Positions 8,806 to 21,582 are shown, counted from the first letter of the stretch. The stretch is 64,000 nt of DNA from an uncultured Alphaproteobacteria bacterium (GCA_902569095.1 CACFSX010000003.1:9533-73532), one strand, 5' to 3'. The notes: generated by a model from the letters alone, not told the origin. Program-made: numbers and translations.

Positions 8806-9954
8806 ATGGCAAATAACTTTTGGATTACGCAGCTAAAACTGAGTAATTATAGAAATCATAAATTCTTGCAAATAAATCCAACAAAAAACATTATTCTAAT
8901 TACTGGAAGGAATGGATCTGGAAAAACCAATGTATTAGAGTCAATTTCTCTATTTGATTCAAATACCGGTTTTAGAAATGCAAGGATGTCAGAATTAGTT
9001 CGAGATGATCTAGAGGGTCCATCAGAGCTTTTTGGAGTTAATTTAAAAGTTTGCTCAGAAAATAAAAAATTTGATGTAGGTTTAGGGTTAAAAGGAGAAG
9101 TCAATCTTCTTAAAAAGGTAATATCATTAGACAAAAGGAAAACGAATTTAAGAAATTTTTTCAACATCTTTTGGGTTTTACCCCAAATGTCTCATTTACT
9201 CCAAGGCAAACCAGAGGATAGAAGAAGTTTTTTAGACTTGATGGTGTCAGCTACAGATGTTTCTTATAAAAATAAATTATTAGATTATAAAAAACTTAAA
9301 AATGAAAGATTAAAAATTCTCAAGAATTTAGAAATTTCGAAAAACGATAAGTGGTTGGACATAATTGAAAAAAAAATGTCTGAGGTGGGCGTTGTAATAT
9401 GCGATTCCAGAAGAGTTTTTTTGGATTCTCTTAACAAGTGCTTCATGAAAATTGATGATCAGATCCCATTGTTAAACCTAAAATTAAATGGAATGGCTGA
9501 TGAAATGCTCAGGGTAAAACCTGCACTTTATGTGGAGGAATTAATCATTATGGAATTAAAAAAAAACAGATTAAAAGATTCAATTTCAGGACGTACAAAC
9601 TTTAGCATTAACAAAACTGATCTTCTAATTTACGAAAAAAAAAGTAATAAGGAAGGAAGAAACTTTTCCACAGGCGAACAAAAAATTATAATTATATCGA
9701 TACTATTTTCTTTCCTTAATACTCTGGAGAAAATCAAAAATTCAAAGGTTCTTTTTTTACTTGATGATATATTTTCTTATTTAGATGTTAGATTTATAAG
9801 AAATATAATTGATAGACTTAATGAATTAAAATTTCAGACTTGGATGACAGATGTAAGATCAGACTCAATAAATCAAATAGAAGAATTTCAATCAAAGATT
9901 CATAATATAAATATTGATGATAATAGGTTTAAAGTTATTAATAATAGGTTATAA
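8806..9954 (+). CDS. recF: DNA replication/repair protein RecF
   Basis: GRNGSGKTNVLE, STGEQK, LLDD; lies between dnaN and gyrB. Confidence 0.92.
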   Translation: MANNFWITQLKLSNYRNHKFLQINPTKNIILITGRNGSGKTNVLESISLFDSNTGFRNARMSELVRDDLEGPSELFGVNLKVCSENKKFDVGLGLKGEVNLLKKVISLDKRKTNLRNFFNIFWVLPQMSHLLQGKPEDRRSFLDLMVSATDVSYKNKLLDYKKLKNERLKILKNLEISKNDKWLDIIEKKMSEVGVVICDSRRVFLDSLNKCFMKIDDQIPLLNLKLNGMADEMLRVKPALYVEELIIMELKKNRLKDSISGRTNFSINKTDLLIYEKKSNKEGRNFSTGEQKIIIISILFSFLNTLEKIKNSKVLFLLDDIFSYLDVRFIRNIIDRLNELKFQTWMTDVRSDSINQIEEFQSKIHNINIDDNRFKVINNRL

Positions 9955-9976
9955 TGTTAGATAACTTTAGGTTTAA

Positions 9977-12397
<2,421 letters not shown>

Positions 12398-12432
12398 TTA
12401 TAATTATTAATATTTAATTTGGGTTAAATAAT

Positions 12433-14304
12433 TTGAAAGCTTTAAGGTGGTTGCTAGTTATTTTTATTTGGCTTGTATTATTATCAAGCATGGCAGTTAC
12501 TTGGTCTTTATTAAATTTACCTGAGACCGAATCTATTCAGATTTCTAGACAGCCTAGCATTACATTTCTAGATAAGGACGGAAGGATAATTGCTTCTTAT
12601 GGTGACATTTACGGCAAATCTATCAAATTTAATAATTTACCTAAAAATCTTATTAATGCAGTTATTGTTACCGAAGATCAAAGATTTTTCAATCATTATG
12701 GTGTTGATATAAAAGGTGTTTTGAGGGCGATTTACGTAAATTTAAGAGAAAGAAGAATTGTTCAAGGAGGCAGTACAATCACACAACAGTTAGCTAAAAA
12801 CCTTTTTTTAACTCCAGAAAGATCTTTTACACGAAAACTTCATGAACTTATACTCAGTTTGTGGCTTGAATTAAGATTTTCAAAAAAACAAATTTTGAGT
12901 ATTTATTTAAATAGAGTTTACTTGGGATCAGGAACATATGGTGTACAAGCTGCTTCAGAAAAATATTTTAATAAAAAAGTAGAAGAACTAAATTTGTACG
13001 AGTGTGCAGTCATTGCTAGTTTACTGAAAGCACCTTCAAGGTATAATCCAATTGCTAATAAAGAATTATCTCAGGAAAGAGCTTCTTTAGTTTTAGAAAA
13101 TATGGCTAAAAGGAAAATGATCAGCCAGGCCAATGTTAAGGAAGCAAAATTCAATAATAAAAAATATTCAAAATTTACTACTCCACCCAAAAGCACAAGA
13201 TATTTTATAGATTGGCTTCTCCCAAGAGTGAAAGCTTATATTGGAGAAATAAATGAGGATCTAATTGTGAGAACAACTTTGGATGTAAAATTACAAAAAA
13301 TTGCTGAGGATTCACTTAATGAAGTTACAAAAAATTATCCATCTGCCGATCAATCTGCATTAGTTAGTCTTAATCTTGAAGGAGGTGTAATTTCAATGAT
13401 TGGAGGACGAGATTATGGAGACTCGCAATTTAATAGAGTTACGCAGGCAAAAAGACAACCCGGTTCCGCATTTAAACTTTTTGTTTACCTCGCTGGTTTG
13501 GAAAATGGATTTGCTCCTGATGATCTTGTGGTTGATTCAAAAATAGATATAAATGGATGGTCACCCAAAAATTATAAAGACAAATATATTGGTGAAGTGA
13601 GTGTAGAAGATGCTTTTTCTAATTCTATTAATACTGTTGCTGTGAAAATATCTGAAGATATAGGAAGAGAAAAAGTAATAAAAATGGCAAAACTTATGGG
13701 TATAACAAGTCCAATCTTAAATTCACCATCGTTGGCATTAGGAACTTCCGAAGTCAATCTTTTAGAATTAACTGCTGCATATGATGTTTTAGCTAATAAT
13801 GGAAACGGTGTTTTTGTACATGGAATAAGATCCATAGAGAATACAGAAGGAAAGAATCTTTTCACAAGAAAGATTCAAGGACCTGGTAAGGTCTTAAACT
13901 CTTACACAGTTAAAACAATGACAAAAATGATGGAACAAACTATTTTAAATGGTACTGGTAGAAAAGCAAAAATAAATAGACCAGCAGCTGGAAAAACTGG
14001 TACAAGTCAATCTCTAAGAGATGCATGGTTTGTCGGTTTCACTTCAAATATTGTTGTAGGGGTTTGGTTTGGAAATGATGATGATTCTCCTATGGAGAAA
14101 ATTACAGGTGGGACAGCTCCAGCGATACTTTGGGGAGAATTTATGAAAAAAGCTCATAGTGATATCCAACCTCAAGCATTAAATTTTGGTATTACAGACG
14201 ACTCACTAGAATCAACAAAGTCAAAGATTAGAAAACTAATTGAGAAGTCGAGGGTTCAGCCAAAAAAGAATGTATTTGAATCAATTTTAGAAAACTTCTT
14301 TTAA
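12433..14304 (+). CDS. Class A penicillin-binding protein (PBP1A family)
   Basis: Transglycosylase EDQRFFNHYGVD and GGSTITQQLAKN; transpeptidase SAFK, SIN, KTG. Confidence 0.93.
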   Translation: MKALRWLLVIFIWLVLLSSMAVTWSLLNLPETESIQISRQPSITFLDKDGRIIASYGDIYGKSIKFNNLPKNLINAVIVTEDQRFFNHYGVDIKGVLRAIYVNLRERRIVQGGSTITQQLAKNLFLTPERSFTRKLHELILSLWLELRFSKKQILSIYLNRVYLGSGTYGVQAASEKYFNKKVEELNLYECAVIASLLKAPSRYNPIANKELSQERASLVLENMAKRKMISQANVKEAKFNNKKYSKFTTPPKSTRYFIDWLLPRVKAYIGEINEDLIVRTTLDVKLQKIAEDSLNEVTKNYPSADQSALVSLNLEGGVISMIGGRDYGDSQFNRVTQAKRQPGSAFKLFVYLAGLENGFAPDDLVVDSKIDINGWSPKNYKDKYIGEVSVEDAFSNSINTVAVKISEDIGREKVIKMAKLMGITSPILNSPSLALGTSEVNLLELTAAYDVLANNGNGVFVHGIRSIENTEGKNLFTRKIQGPGKVLNSYTVKTMTKMMEQTILNGTGRKAKINRPAAGKTGTSQSLRDAWFVGFTSNIVVGVWFGNDDDSPMEKITGGTAPAILWGEFMKKAHSDIQPQALNFGITDDSLESTKSKIRKLIEKSRVQPKKNVFESILENFF

Positions 14305-14888
14305 AACAATAACGAGTTGATTCTTGAATCAAAATCACTTGGTCTGAAGTGCGTCAAATATTTATCGTTTTTATCGACTAAAAAAAATAAGGAGCTATGG
14401 TCTACTAAATAGTTTTCATCATCAAAAGAATTTTTATTAGTTTTTACGAAAATTCTGAATTTTTTTATAACCTCTTGAATTTGTTCTTTTGAACCAGTAA
14501 GCCCGATGATAGAGGGATTAAAATTTGCTAGAAAACTTTTTAATTGTTGAGGTTGATCTCTATCAGGATCAACTGTAATAAAAATAAAATCTAATTCTTT
14601 TTTCAACTGAGGATTTTTATCTATAAATTTTGATAATTTTAATATATCGAATGGACATACATCAGGACAATAGGTGTAACCGAAGTAAATTAACTTATTC
14701 TTTTTTGAAGTTCTGGAATCAAAGTTCATTTTATTTTGATCGATCAATAAAAATCTTCCACCTAGCTCGAATCCTTTTTTCGCTTTGTTCTTTGTAGCAT
14801 CTATAATTAAAATACTGAAAGCTATCACAAAAACTAGTAAAAGCATCATTATTGAATTTTTTTTAAAGATAATTTTATATTTTTTCAT
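14301..14888 (-). CDS. SCO1/SenC family copper protein
   Basis: FGYTYCPDVCP, TVDPDRD, YLVDHS; N-terminal TM segment. Confidence 0.92.
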   Translation of the reverse strand: MKKYKIIFKKNSIMMLLLVFVIAFSILIIDATKNKAKKGFELGGRFLLIDQNKMNFDSRTSKKNKLIYFGYTYCPDVCPFDILKLSKFIDKNPQLKKELDFIFITVDPDRDQPQQLKSFLANFNPSIIGLTGSKEQIQEVIKKFRIFVKTNKNSFDDENYLVDHSSLFFLVDKNDKYLTHFRPSDFDSRINSLLF

Positions 14889-15552
14889 TAATTTCAACTA
14901 TTATATAAGATGGAGTATTTAGCTCCTCAATAATTATAATATTATTTTTTAAATTTTTATGTTTTTCACTTGAAATATTGAATTTTCTAATTTTTGAAGG
15001 AGGCATATTATTGAAAAAAGACATGATTTGCTTTAGTTCATCTTTATTTTCTACAAAAACAATAAGTTTTTCAAAATAAAGATTATTAATTATCTTTTTA
15101 ATTTTTTTTATATTAAATTCTTTTAAAAAGGTAGATGAAAAATTTTTTTCTCTGTTTGTAAGTAATTCTGAACTTAGATTTAAATAATTTACAACTTTAA
15201 TAATACCTGAAATAATTTCACAATTAATATGTTTGATCTTGAAATAATTAATTTCTTGTAGTCCGTTTTCATCAACAATGGGATCTCCATCAACCAAATG
15301 ACAAATTACATCAGTGTGTCTAAATAATTCATAAATTTTTTTCCACAACACTAAATCATTGTTTGTGGAAAATTTTTCTTGAAAGTAAATTTTTTTATTT
15401 TCAGCAAGCTTTAGAAACTTTGAATCAAACTTTTTTGATAGTATAACTACCTTAGCCTGCTTGATTCTTTCATATGCTTCAACTGTACAATCTTCAAAAT
15501 CACGTGCATTTGTGCCAATTAGATAGAATTTTTTTTCTTTTTGTAATACCAT
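14875..15552 (-). CDS. Degenerate tetrapyrrole (SUMT/CobA-like) methyltransferase-fold protein
   Basis: YLIGT..D....TVEA...IKQAKVV, LVDGDP, EIISGI align by eye to the TP_methylase pattern, but GAGPGD is lost. Confidence 0.6.
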   Translation of the reverse strand: MVLQKEKKFYLIGTNARDFEDCTVEAYERIKQAKVVILSKKFDSKFLKLAENKKIYFQEKFSTNNDLVLWKKIYELFRHTDVICHLVDGDPIVDENGLQEINYFKIKHINCEIISGIIKVVNYLNLSSELLTNREKNFSSTFLKEFNIKKIKKIINNLYFEKLIVFVENKDELKQIMSFFNNMPPSKIRKFNISSEKHKNLKNNIIIIEELNTPSYIIVEINEKI

Positions 15553-15560
15553 GTAATACT

Positions 15561-16145
15561 ATGAATAAGAAAAATATCAAAAAAAAACCATACATTTTTT
15601 TTTTTTTAGCAATAATTTTTCTGTTTAATAGACCCGTAGCCTCTTTGGATGACAGTGATGTCCTAATCGATAGAGTTTTCATGACAGCTGTTAAAAAATC
15701 TAATTATAATAAAGTTGAGGAAATGCTCGATAAAGATGCAGCTGTTAACTATAAAGATTCTGAAAACCTCGTTGCTCTTTCATATGCTCTTTTAAATGAT
15801 GATAGAAAAATGTTTGATCTTTTAGTTGCTGGTGGAGCAAATACAAAAGTGACTATTCTTAATAAAACTTCGTTATTAATTCATTACGTCAATAATCAAA
15901 AATATTCTCTTATCGAAGATTTAGTAAAATCTGGTGTAAACTTAAACTTTCAAGATAAGTTGGGTATGACAGCCTTAATGCATAGCATTGAAAAAGGAAA
16001 CGTTAATGCAGTCAATTTATTAATTAGAGAGAATTTTGATAAAGACTTAACAGATTTTTCTGGTAAAACAATTTTCGACTACGCAGATTCTTCAAGAAAT
16101 TTATTGATAAAAAAACTTATTAAAAATTTAAATACTTCTAATTAG
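15561..16145 (+). CDS. Exported ankyrin-repeat protein
   Basis: Signal-like N-terminus from ATG 15561; repeats ALSYA...LLVAGGAN, QDKLGMTALMHS, DFSGKTIFDYA. Confidence 0.85.
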   Translation: MNKKNIKKKPYIFFFLAIIFLFNRPVASLDDSDVLIDRVFMTAVKKSNYNKVEEMLDKDAAVNYKDSENLVALSYALLNDDRKMFDLLVAGGANTKVTILNKTSLLIHYVNNQKYSLIEDLVKSGVNLNFQDKLGMTALMHSIEKGNVNAVNLLIRENFDKDLTDFSGKTIFDYADSSRNLLIKKLIKNLNTSN

Positions 16146-16841
16146 TTTTTCAGAAATAATCTTAATTATTGGATCATAGTGTGCAATGGGAAAAATCCGC
16201 ATAGTCTTAAAACACTTTTCAAAATGGCTAACATTTTTCTTGAATAAAAAACCATTAAAAAAGAAAACAGGGTGAAGAATAATGTTTTTTATTTCAAGTT
16301 TTTTTAACTCGGTTAAAACCATTACTTCATCACCAACAAAATGAAAAATCTTATTCTTAATATTAAGACTACTTGATAGTTTATTAGTGTAGTTTTCTAA
16401 TTGATCCAATACAGTTTTGTTTTTGCTAAATGAACAAGACGTTATCAGGGTATCGTATTTTTTGTAGTTAGATTTAGAAATTATATCTTTCATATTTGGA
16501 AGTATGTCTCTAAAAAGTGAGAGTTTTTCAACCAGATCAATACGTTTTTTAAATTTTTCTGACAAATAATTAATTTTTTTCTTTATATCTATGATCATAT
16601 GCTTTCCGTCAAACAGAAGAAGAGGGAAGAATGAGATTTTTTTGTATTTATGAATTACTTCATATATGCAGTCGTCTATTAACGGTTCATTTATCTCTAT
16701 AAAACAATTAAAGACGTCATACTTAAATTTGTCTTCTAATTTTTTTTTTAAATTAACCATTTCGTTCATGTAATCAATGTCTCTTGATCCATGTCCGCAT
16801 AAAATCATAGCATGTTCTTTATCTAATTTTTTGGTAATCAT
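16128..16841 (-). CDS. cbiX: CbiX/SirB family sirohydrochlorin chelatase
   Basis: ILCGHGSRD, FIEINEP, PLLLFDGKH (both metal-binding His present). Confidence 0.8.
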   Translation of the reverse strand: MITKKLDKEHAMILCGHGSRDIDYMNEMVNLKKKLEDKFKYDVFNCFIEINEPLIDDCIYEVIHKYKKISFFPLLLFDGKHMIIDIKKKINYLSEKFKKRIDLVEKLSLFRDILPNMKDIISKSNYKKYDTLITSCSFSKNKTVLDQLENYTNKLSSSLNIKNKIFHFVGDEVMVLTELKKLEIKNIILHPVFFFNGFLFKKNVSHFEKCFKTMRIFPIAHYDPIIKIISEKLIRSI

Positions 16842-17520
16842 CTATTTTCCTAAGAATTTTAGTTAAATTTGATATGCCTTTGGAAATTGCCTTGTTTTGA
16901 AGAATTTCTTCAGAAGAAAACTCTTTGCCATGTATTATTTTATTTAAATCGTTCCTAGGTTGAAGGTAGGTTCCTTCCATTGACCCTCCAACAAAAAGTC
17001 CAGAATTATCTGAAAAAGAGTAAATATCTGCTAACCTCAACGTGCTTTCTGCAGAATAACCTATTCCAGAGTTAATCATAGCCGTATCAACATCAACTCC
17101 AAGTTTCACTCTTTCTTTCAAAATAGAGTTTAAGCCTCTATTCGTCATTATTGTCATTGCAACTTGTGCTGATTTCATTCCAATTTGAAGGCCAAAACTT
17201 AATCCACCAATTGAATAAAAGAAAGGACCTGAGAACTTATTATCAGATCTTCTAATTATTAAGATTCCGTTTCCACCTTTTGCTCCAAACAGTAATCCTC
17301 CTTCATATAATTCAGGGAAAATTAAAATGGCTCTAGAATTTTTTAAATATTCGTTCAGGTTGGTTAGTTTACTATTTGATATTAAATCTTTAAGGCTATT
17401 TTCGGAAGAATGAATTAACTCAATTGCAGTGACTTTTTTTTCATTTTCGGAAAATGAAAAATTTGGGTATGAAAATGTGAAAATAAGAAATAATATAAAT
17501 TTTAAAATGTAATATCTCAT
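16819..17520 (-). CDS. Ysc84/SYLF lipid-binding domain protein
   Basis: AILIFP, GGLLFGAKGGNG, GGLSFGLQIG, GLFVGGSMEG; signal peptide. Confidence 0.88.
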   Translation of the reverse strand: MRYYILKFILFLIFTFSYPNFSFSENEKKVTAIELIHSSENSLKDLISNSKLTNLNEYLKNSRAILIFPELYEGGLLFGAKGGNGILIIRRSDNKFSGPFFYSIGGLSFGLQIGMKSAQVAMTIMTNRGLNSILKERVKLGVDVDTAMINSGIGYSAESTLRLADIYSFSDNSGLFVGGSMEGTYLQPRNDLNKIIHGKEFSSEEILQNKAISKGISNLTKILRKIDDYQKIR

Positions 17521-17578
17521 TTTAGATGATATTTATCATACAAATTTTGCTAATGTTAAGATATAAAAAAATAAAAAT

Positions 17579-18004
17579 ATGAAAATAAATTTTTTAATTA
17601 TCCTAAGTTTTACATTGTTCGTATGCTCTGAAATATCCTCTGGGGAGATTAAAATTTTTGTTTCCAATATCGAAGAAAAAAAAGGAACTATTCATTACGG
17701 TGTGTATAATAATTCACAACTATTTCCCGAAGATAGTGGAAAAATTCTTGGGGGCTATGAAGAGGTATCAAAAGTAATTGAAAGTGGTTTATTGATAGAC
17801 AATCTTGACGAGTCAAATTATGCGATTGCAATTTTTCATGATACAAATTCAAATAATAAATTTGACACTTTTTTATCAATACCGAAGGAAAAGTTTGGAT
17901 TTAGTAATAATGCAAAAGTATTTTTAGGTCCCCCTAGATTTGAAGATGCATCGATCTTTGTTGGACAAAACTCCATTGTTGAAATAATGATAGAGCTGAG
18001 ATGA
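17579..18004 (+). CDS. DUF2141 family exported protein
   Basis: YAIAIFHDTNSNNKFD...IPKEKFGFSNNA...GPPRFEDA. Confidence 0.88.
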   Translation: MKINFLIILSFTLFVCSEISSGEIKIFVSNIEEKKGTIHYGVYNNSQLFPEDSGKILGGYEEVSKVIESGLLIDNLDESNYAIAIFHDTNSNNKFDTFLSIPKEKFGFSNNAKVFLGPPRFEDASIFVGQNSIVEIMIELR

Positions 18005-18948
18005 AAAAAAGAGTTTTAGTTACAGGTGGTGCAGGCTTTATAGGTTCATTTTTATGTGAGAGTTTAATTAAAAAAGGACACTATGTGATTTGCTGTGACA
18101 ATTTTTACACTGGAAACGAAGAGAATCTCAAAAATATTTACAATCATAAAAATTTTGAGTTGTTGCGCCATGATATAACATTCCCTCTCTATGTTGAGGT
18201 TGATGAGATTTTTAATTTTGCATGTCCAGCGTCTCCAATTCATTACCAAAATGATCCTGTGCAAACAGTAAAAACTTGTGTTCATGGTGCTATCAACATG
18301 TTAGGACTTGCAAAAAGAACTAAAGCTAGAATATTGCAAGCATCTACATCTGAAATATATGGAGATCCAGAGGTTCATCCTCAGAATGAATCATACAAAG
18401 GAGCAGTTAGTATAGAAGGTCCAAGGGCTTGTTATGACGAGGGAAAAAGGTGTGCTGAAACAATCTTTTGGGATTACCAAAGACAACATCAAATTGATGT
18501 TAAGGTTATAAGAATTTTCAATACTTTTGGTCCGAGAATGCAACCTAATGATGGAAGAGTTGTGTCTAATTTTATTTTACAAGCTCTTACAAATAAAAAC
18601 ATTACTATTTATGGTAAAGGAAACCAGACGAGATCGTTTTGCTACATTGATGATTTAATTTCAGGAATACTTATGATGATGGAATTAGAAAATTTTTCAG
18701 GTCCAATCAATTTAGGAAATCCAAGTGAAATTTCTATACTCAATTTAGCTAGTGAGATTATAGACTTAACAGGAAGTAATTCGAAAATTATTTACAAAGA
18801 CTTACCAATTGATGATCCTCAAATGAGATGTCCAGACATTACTTTGGCAAATAAAAGGTTGAAATGGTCTCCAAAGTTTGACAGAAAGACTGGGTTAAAG
18901 AAAACGGTAGAATATTTTGATACTTTATTAAAAAAGGAGTTACTTTAA
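18001..18948 (+). CDS. UDP-glucuronate decarboxylase (UDP-xylose synthase) family
   Basis: VTGGAGFIGS, ACPASPIHYQ, ASTSEIYGDP, CYDEGKR, DGRVVSNF. Confidence 0.93.
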   Translation: MKKRVLVTGGAGFIGSFLCESLIKKGHYVICCDNFYTGNEENLKNIYNHKNFELLRHDITFPLYVEVDEIFNFACPASPIHYQNDPVQTVKTCVHGAINMLGLAKRTKARILQASTSEIYGDPEVHPQNESYKGAVSIEGPRACYDEGKRCAETIFWDYQRQHQIDVKVIRIFNTFGPRMQPNDGRVVSNFILQALTNKNITIYGKGNQTRSFCYIDDLISGILMMMELENFSGPINLGNPSEISILNLASEIIDLTGSNSKIIYKDLPIDDPQMRCPDITLANKRLKWSPKFDRKTGLKKTVEYFDTLLKKELL

Positions 18949-18952
18949 GGTT

Positions 18953-20371
18953 ATGTCTGGGCGTGTTTTATGTATTGGTGATATAATTCTAGATTCATAT
19001 TCACATGGAGATGTAAAAAGAATATCACCTGAAGCACCAATTCCTGTATTAAAAATCAATAATAATAAATATGAAGTATTAGGCGGATGCGGAAATGTAG
19101 CCAAAAATATTTGTGGCGCAGGAAGTAAGTGTCATATTATTTCAGTTTGTGGAGACGATAAAGAATCATTGGTTCTGAAAAAATTATTGAAGGATGCAAA
19201 AAAACTTACATTCAATCTTTTAACTGATCCAACAAGATGTACAACAAAAAAAATAAGATTTGTTTCTGGCAATCAACAAATTTTACGAGTCGACAAAGAA
19301 TTTAATAAACCAATAAGCTCTAAACTCGAAGCTAAAGTTTTAAAAATTCTAAAAAGTAAAATTGATTTTTTTGATGTTGTTGTGCTATCCGATTATAGTA
19401 AGGGATTTTTAACCGATAATCTACTTAAGAATATTATAGAAATATCAAAAAAAAAAGAAAAGGTAGTTATAATTGACCCCAAAAAAAGTGATTTTCATCC
19501 ATACAAAGGTGCGGATATAATAACACCAAATTTTAAAGAGTTATTGGAGGCATCTAAATTTGAGAAAAACAACAAAAAAGAAAATAACTCTAATATTGTA
19601 GTTACGTTGTCTAAGGAATTATTAAGAAAATATAAATTTGATGCAATTGTTACAACAAGAAGCTCTGATGGAATATCAATTGTAGATAACAATAATGATT
19701 ATTTACATTTACCATCAAAAGCTCAAGAAGTTTTTGATGTTTCAGGTGCTGGAGATACTGTAATAGCCTATATTGCCGCAGGAATTGCTAAAGGAAAATC
19801 TCTATTTAATGCAACTGAAATAGCTAATGATGCCGCAGGAATTGCAGTCGGGAAGTTTGGGACCACAGTTGTAAATGAAAAAGATTTACTAAATTCTAAT
19901 CAAAGTAAAAAGTTATTAAAATTAGAGGAGTTATATAATGATTTAAAGAAATATAAAACTAAAACAATTGGGTTCACAAATGGATGTTTTGATTTAATTC
20001 ATCAAGGACATATTTTTTATCTTAAAGAAGCAAGGAAAATGTGTGATTTTTTAATTCTGGGATTAAATAGTGATAATTCGATAAAAAAAATAAAAGGAAA
20101 AGACAGACCTATTTTAAGTCAAATTGAACGAAGTGAGATTTTAAAGAATTTTGATTTTATTGATAGAATATTAATTTTTAACGAAGAAACTCCGATTAAT
20201 TTAATAAAAAAAATTAAACCTAATATCATTTTCAAAGGGGATGATTACAGTGTGAAAGAAGTTGTAGGTTCCGAAGAAATGAAAAAATGGGGAGGACAAA
20301 TAAAATTAATCAAATGTGTAAAGGGGAAATCAACCTCAAATATTATTAGGAAAATAAAAAATGTTACTTAG
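18953..20371 (+). CDS. hldE: Bifunctional heptose-7-P kinase / heptose-1-P adenylyltransferase
   Basis: RISPEAPIPV, SDYSKG, DVSGAGDTV plus C-terminal FTNGCFDLIHQGH. Confidence 0.95.
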   Translation: MSGRVLCIGDIILDSYSHGDVKRISPEAPIPVLKINNNKYEVLGGCGNVAKNICGAGSKCHIISVCGDDKESLVLKKLLKDAKKLTFNLLTDPTRCTTKKIRFVSGNQQILRVDKEFNKPISSKLEAKVLKILKSKIDFFDVVVLSDYSKGFLTDNLLKNIIEISKKKEKVVIIDPKKSDFHPYKGADIITPNFKELLEASKFEKNNKKENNSNIVVTLSKELLRKYKFDAIVTTRSSDGISIVDNNNDYLHLPSKAQEVFDVSGAGDTVIAYIAAGIAKGKSLFNATEIANDAAGIAVGKFGTTVVNEKDLLNSNQSKKLLKLEELYNDLKKYKTKTIGFTNGCFDLIHQGHIFYLKEARKMCDFLILGLNSDNSIKKIKGKDRPILSQIERSEILKNFDFIDRILIFNEETPINLIKKIKPNIIFKGDDYSVKEVVGSEEMKKWGGQIKLIKCVKGKSTSNIIRKIKNVT

Positions 20372-21116
20372 TGCAGTGTTATTTGACGTTGACGGAACAA
20401 TTGCTGAGACTGAAGATTTTCATCGACGATCGTTTAATGAATCTTTCAAGGAATTTAATCTAGACTGGTTCTGGGATGAAGCAATTTATAAAGAACTCAT
20501 AAACATTGGCGACGGGAAAGAAAGAATTGAATATTACATTAAACGTGCCTGGCCTGAGATGTTAGAATATAAAAATTTAACGAAATATATCAATTCCATT
20601 CACAAAGTAAAAAATGAGTTGTTTAAGGATTTTATTATGGATTCTAAGATAACATTTCGACCAGGAGTGCTTAGGCTTATAAACGAATTAAAAAAGAATA
20701 ACGTTAGAATTGCAATTGTTTCATCCACTACCAAGGAGGATTTATTGACACTTTTTAAAAACGGACTAAATATGGACCCCAAAACAACATTCGATCTTAT
20801 TGCGCATGGAGATTGTACAGAGAATAAAAGACCTTCTCCGGAAATTTATGAGTGGATACTTGAAAAATTAAGAATAGCTCCCCAAGCATGTGTCGCAATT
20901 GAAGATTCATTAAGAGGGCTAAGTTCTGCGGTTAACGCTAATATAAATGTTTTAGTGACACCATCTATTTATACTAAAAATGAAAATTTTAAAGAGGCAA
21001 ATATTGTCGTTTCAAGTCTTGGGGAAATTGATGAGCCGTTTCAGGTTATTAAAGGAAAAGCCTTTGGAAACAAATTTGTGAATGTTGATCTTCTAAATAA
21101 AATAATTAATTATTGA
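20361..21116 (+). CDS. CbbY-like HAD phosphatase
   Basis: FDVDGTIAETEDFHRRSFN...LDWFWD...GKERI, RPSPEIY, IEDSLRGL. Confidence 0.85.
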   Translation: MLLSAVLFDVDGTIAETEDFHRRSFNESFKEFNLDWFWDEAIYKELINIGDGKERIEYYIKRAWPEMLEYKNLTKYINSIHKVKNELFKDFIMDSKITFRPGVLRLINELKKNNVRIAIVSSTTKEDLLTLFKNGLNMDPKTTFDLIAHGDCTENKRPSPEIYEWILEKLRIAPQACVAIEDSLRGLSSAVNANINVLVTPSIYTKNENFKEANIVVSSLGEIDEPFQVIKGKAFGNKFVNVDLLNKIINY

Positions 21117-21535
21117 ATTTTAAAATAAACCATGGCCATACAGATTATTTGAAAGGCAAATATAAAAACGCTTAACGAATGTAAAATTTTAAATTTTTGT
21201 TGTTGTTTTTTAGTTTTTTTTTTAATGTCACTGACTTCATTTATCCATTTAACTAAAAAAAGTCTTGAAAATAAGTAGCCGGATGAAATCACTAAAAATA
21301 TTATAGTGTAGATTGTTCCATGAGAAATGATTAAAAATGTAACTGTTAAGCTTATTAAAAACCCCCATAAGTATAATTTAGGGAATATAGTGCGGATAAA
21401 TTTTCTAGCATTTGGCTGATCCAGTGACATAAAAATATTAGGGGCTATTACTAATGAAAAAAAAATAAGACTTCCAATTAAAAATGGTATAAGGAAATTT
21501 GTGATTTCAACGAATATATTATGAAATTGAAGCAT
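21110..21535 (-). CDS. DUF4149-like membrane protein
   Basis: FFSLVIAPNIF...ARKFIRTIFP, FKILHSLSV; 4 TM segments. Confidence 0.75.
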   Translation of the reverse strand: MLQFHNIFVEITNFLIPFLIGSLIFFSLVIAPNIFMSLDQPNARKFIRTIFPKLYLWGFLISLTVTFLIISHGTIYTIIFLVISSGYLFSRLFLVKWINEVSDIKKKTKKQQQKFKILHSLSVFIFAFQIICMAMVYFKIQ

Positions 21536-21582
21536 ATTTAAATCTATTTAAAATTTTTTTGAATAATGATAAAAGGTAAATT

